Shown one piece after another: positions 59,367-64,000 of a stretch of DNA of 64,000 nucleotides; position 1 is the stretch's first letter, and every line of letters starts with the position of its first letter. The translations under genes and the position numbers were made by a program. The notes beneath the pieces are model-generated. The model saw nothing but the letters and a program-made list of their open reading frames with translations, was not told the DNA's origin and did no database searches. The stretch is from an uncultured Gammaproteobacteria bacterium (GTDB taxonomy: Bacteria; Patescibacteriota; Patescibacteriia; Magasanikbacterales; GWA2-37-8). The stretch is from positions 19,704 through 83,703 of the forward strand of contig CAZBWU010000005.1 of assembly GCA_964496095.1 (NCBI GenBank), given 5' to 3'.

Positions 59367-59735
59367 ATGAAAATAAATTTTTCTTTTTTTAAAAAATACT
59401 ATGGCAGTATAATTGGTATGATTATTGGGTTTTTGTTGCTAGGTACATACTATTATTTTTCTGAATTTCATACTCCAGTAGGAATGTCTATGTTGCGAGT
59501 ATCTGAAACGGTTGAGACATTAGTGCTTCCTATTTTGACATTAGTTACAATCATAACTGGTCCATTGGCTATAGTCCTTTGGCTATTAGGGAGTATTGGA
59601 GTTTATATACTTCTTACTTTTCATTCTATTGTGACTATCTTGGTGTATGGTTTTATAGGGTTTGGCATCCATTATTTATTTCTTAAAGCTGAGAGGCCTG
59701 GTCGGGTAATAATTGACAAGAATAAGAAAATATAG
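59367..59735 (+). CDS. Hypothetical membrane protein
   Basis: Several hydrophobic helices. Confidence 0.55.
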   Translation: MKINFSFFKKYYGSIIGMIIGFLLLGTYYYFSEFHTPVGMSMLRVSETVETLVLPILTLVTIITGPLAIVLWLLGSIGVYILLTFHSIVTILVYGFIGFGIHYLFLKAERPGRVIIDKNKKI

Positions 59736-59774
59736 TATATTTAGCCTGCTCTAATCGTCACTTTTTTTAAACTA

Positions 59775-59850
59775 AGTTCTCAGTTCTCTGTTATCAGTTC
59801 TCGGATTTTTTTCCGTAGTCTGTGAACTATGAACTGTGAACAGAGAACTA
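59775..59850. repeat. Inverted arrays of degenerate heptamer repeats in the rpsP leader
   Basis: Four AGTTCTC-like units, then four TGTGAAC-like units. Confidence 0.7.
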
Positions 59851-59859
59851 TTAAAATTT

Positions 59860-60225
59860 ATGTTAACTATTCGCTTACAAAGAATTGGAAAAAAGAACAA
59901 CGCCACCTATCGTTTGGTACTTGCTGAAAAAGGCAGAGATACCCAAGGCAGAAACTTGGAAATTTTAGGTACCTATAATCCTCGCACTAAGGTTAATGGC
60001 TTTTTGCCAAAAGCCGAGCGTGTTAAGTATTGGTTAGAAAAAGGTGCTCAAGCTTCAAACACTATCCACAACTTGCTTTTGAAAGCTGGTCTTATCACCG
60101 ATCAAAAGAAAAAGAAATCAGTATATATTTCTACTAAGCGCGCTGCAAAGATTGCTGAAAAAAAGAAATCAGCCAAACCTGCTGAAGCTCCAGTCGCTCC
60201 AGTTGAACCAACTCCAGCTGCCTAA
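59860..60225 (+). CDS. rpsP: 30S ribosomal protein S16 (start moved to ATG 59860)
   Basis: MLTIRLQRIGKK, YRLV, LGTYNP, WLEKGAQ. Confidence 0.95.
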   Translation: MLTIRLQRIGKKNNATYRLVLAEKGRDTQGRNLEILGTYNPRTKVNGFLPKAERVKYWLEKGAQASNTIHNLLLKAGLITDQKKKKSVYISTKRAAKIAEKKKSAKPAEAPVAPVEPTPAA

Positions 60226-60368
60226 CTTTATTCTTGCACAGTTTTTTCAGATTTGATATTATATAGAAAGCAGAACTGGAGGGTTCCGACTAAAACGGGA
60301 TCAGGGTCGACCGGCTGCAGTAAAGCAAAATTGAAAGTTGATAATATAATTTACCTTATTGAAAACAT

Positions 60369-60707
60369 ATGGAAGCAGATCAACAGTTTGTAGAAACACT
60401 TGTCAGATCAATCGTTAATAATCCTGGAGATGTAAAGACTACTCGCACAATTGACGAAAGAGGAGTTTTGATCACTTTGGATGTGAACCCAGCTGATATG
60501 GGTTATGTCATCGGTCGCCAAGGCCAAACCGCTCGTTCTATTCGCACTTTGCTCAAAATCGTTGGTGCTAAGCACAATGCTCGCGTGAACCTAAAGATTA
60601 ATGAGCCAGTCGGAGGCAGAGCCCCTCGCCCAGTCACTCAAATGGAAAGCCAACCTATGGACAACCAAATGATTGATACAAGCGCTGTGGACAATTTGAA
60701 CATCTAA
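60369..60707 (+). CDS. khpA: KH-domain RNA-binding protein KhpA
   Basis: DMGYVIGRQGQTARSIRTLL; follows rpsP. Confidence 0.9.
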   Translation: MEADQQFVETLVRSIVNNPGDVKTTRTIDERGVLITLDVNPADMGYVIGRQGQTARSIRTLLKIVGAKHNARVNLKINEPVGGRAPRPVTQMESQPMDNQMIDTSAVDNLNI

Positions 60708-60820
60708 GACAAAAGTTATACTAAAATTAAAGCCACCTGAAAGGGTGGTTTTAAAATCCTTAATCCTTGCCTGCTGATATTATTCGTAGTATATTAGAAG
60801 TCATAAATTAAAGTAATTAT

Positions 60821-61363
60821 ATGGTTTTTAAAATTATAAATAAGCGAGAAATTTTAAAAGGCAAATTCACCAATCTTTGGGAAACAATTTTTTTGGATAA
60901 AGAAGGTAATGAGCAGACTTGGAGATGGCTTGAAAAAAAAGATGTGGTAATGGTATTTGCCATTACTAAAGATAATAATGTAGTTTTAATAAAAAATTTT
61001 CGAGTACCATTAGAAAAATACGTTATTGAGCTACCGGCAGGCCTGTTAGATAAAAAAGGAGAAAATACAGAAGAAGCAATACGCCGAGAGTTGCTTGAAG
61101 AAACAGGTTATGCCGTAGAAGCCTTACACGCACTTCCGCCAGACCCTTTTTCAGCTAGTATAAGTAATAATATACGTCATTGCTATATTGCTACGGGCGC
61201 AATTAAAGCATCTGATGCTCATGGCGATGCAGCAGAAGATATTACTGTCATGGAAGTGCCACCTCATGAACTAGTAGATTTTTATCTTAATGGCACAGAA
61301 TTATTTAATATGCATATTTTAGCCTTATATCAAGTGGCCTTATCAAAGGGGTTAATTAAATAG
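60821..61363 (+). CDS. NUDIX hydrolase (ADP-ribose pyrophosphatase-like)
   Basis: ELPAG...EEAIRRELLEETGY Nudix box. Confidence 0.9.
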   Translation: MVFKIINKREILKGKFTNLWETIFLDKEGNEQTWRWLEKKDVVMVFAITKDNNVVLIKNFRVPLEKYVIELPAGLLDKKGENTEEAIRRELLEETGYAVEALHALPPDPFSASISNNIRHCYIATGAIKASDAHGDAAEDITVMEVPPHELVDFYLNGTELFNMHILALYQVALSKGLIK

Positions 61364-61370
61364 AATATTT

Positions 61371-62099
61371 GTGAAATTCAACATCATTACAATTTTCCCG
61401 AAATTTTTTGAAAGTTTTAAAAATGAAGCTTTAATTAATCGCGCGCAAAAAAAACCCGCCCGACCGGACGCCTCCGGTCGTTCGGGCGGGGGATTAATTT
61501 CTATTAATATTCACAATCTGCGAGACTTCGCCGATGATAAGAGGGGAACCGTAGATGATCGGCCGTATGGTGGTGGCGCGGGCATGGTCTTGATGTTTCC
61601 TCCGATTTATAAAGCAGTGAAGTCTATAAAGTCGAAAGTCAAAAGTCAAAAGTCAAAAGTTAAAGTAATTGTTTTTAATCCAAAAGGCAAAAAGTTTACC
61701 CAAGAAATGGCGCGCGAATGGAGTAAGTTAGATCAGCTGGTAATGATCTGTGGTCGCTACGAAGGCATAGACGAGCGTGTCATGACTGAAGTGGCTGATG
61801 AAGAAATCTCTATTGGTGATTATGTTTTGTTTGGTGGGGAAGTGCCAGCTATGGTGGTGATGGAAGCGATTACCAGGCTACTTCCTGGCGCCATTGGCGC
61901 GCAAGAATCTCTCAAAGATGAATCATTTAATGATGCTGGAGAAATGGGTAAAAAACAGCTTACACAATTTCTTGAATATCCACATTATACTAGACCAGAA
62001 ACAGTAGTTGTAAAAAGAAAAAAAATAAATGTGCCTGAAGTTTTGCTTTCCGGTGATCATAAAAAGATAGAGGAGTGGAGAAAAGAGCAGAGTAAATAG
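61371..62099 (+). CDS. trmD: tRNA (guanine37-N1)-methyltransferase
   Basis: VDDRPYGGGAGMV, CGRYEGIDER, SIGDYVL, EYPHYTRP. Confidence 0.96.
   Translation: MKFNIITIFPKFFESFKNEALINRAQKKPARPDASGRSGGGLISINIHNLRDFADDKRGTVDDRPYGGGAGMVLMFPPIYKAVKSIKSKVKSQKSKVKVIVFNPKGKKFTQEMAREWSKLDQLVMICGRYEGIDERVMTEVADEEISIGDYVLFGGEVPAMVVMEAITRLLPGAIGAQESLKDESFNDAGEMGKKQLTQFLEYPHYTRPETVVVKRKKINVPEVLLSGDHKKIEEWRKEQSK
61455..61490. repeat. 36-bp GC-rich hairpin inserted in frame in trmD
   Basis: CCCGCCCGACCGGACGCCTCCGGTCGTTCGGGCGGG encodes PARPDASGRSGG. Confidence 0.8.
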
Positions 62100-62167
62100 T
62101 CTTTTTGCCTTATTTTTTAGGTATAAAATGGCTAATTTTATCCCCAACTTACGCACAATATAAGCCC

Positions 62168-62196
62168 TTGACATTAATTTTACATAGTGTTAATAT
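62168..62196 (+). promoter_or_regulatory. rRNA promoter
   Basis: TTGACA-17nt-TAATAT about 400 bp upstream of the 16S gene. Confidence 0.7.
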
Positions 62197-62576
62197 GTAA
62201 AAGCTTAAAAAACTAATAAAACTCCCGCAAAAAAATTTCATTAAAAATTAATATTCTCGGGCAAGTCCGCTGTGGAAACTGTCTGCCTCATTTTGAGGGA
62301 AAGAAAAAAGAGCAATCAAGATTTGATTTCTCTTTTTTCTTTCTAACCTGTCATTAGGTAAGGTCAGGTAATAGATTGAAAAAAGTATTTCGTTCCGCTA
62401 CGGTGGAAAACGAAAAAGTACATTGACAACACAAATGTGACAAAGACCACAAAAAAAGTCTATCCGAAAAAACTCGGGTTATTCCGAGTCTAAATAATAA
62501 ATAAATCCAAAAATGATAACTTGTTCATCAGCCCTTACAGCTTCGGCTGTGTAGGGTGAACAAAAATCAAATCTCT

Positions 62577-64000
<1,424 letters not shown>

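Overview
AT-rich (roughly 35-40% GC by eye) chromosomal window from a Patescibacteria/CPR bacterium. The Parcubacteria-type 16S has 27F/515F mismatches, AspS is shortened and the genetic code is 11; the lineage call is inference. Mostly housekeeping: translation (rplY, prmC, prfA, rpmE, rpsB, tsf, aspS, valS, tyrS, argS, rpsP, khpA, trmD, partial 16S rRNA, tRNA-Leu), lower glycolysis (gap, pgk, eno, two gpmI), envelope and division genes (rodA, DD-carboxypeptidase, PBP, murF, vanW, bactofilin) and scpAB/smc. Five less ordinary features are overlaid on this. (1) Two, perhaps three, GC-rich ORFan expression units have their own sigma70 promoter, structured leader and SD; in two of them the 5' leader base-pairs with the sequence just after the stop codon, enclosing the ORF in a long-range RNA stem. 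(2) An unassigned ~330-nt structured ncRNA has a perfect promoter and terminator and is divergent from one of those units. (3) About 10 copies of a TGTCAT...ATGACA palindromic repeat family occur, some nested, several in 5' UTRs and one in frame inside RlmI, along with other small palindromes including one in frame in TrmD. (4) A free-standing LAGLIDADG endonuclease ORF ends inside tRNA-Leu and is followed by a DUF2075 nuclease-helicase. (5) A frameshifted IS30-family element is inserted at the ndk -35 box. All calls are by eye from sequence and translations; no database searches were run.
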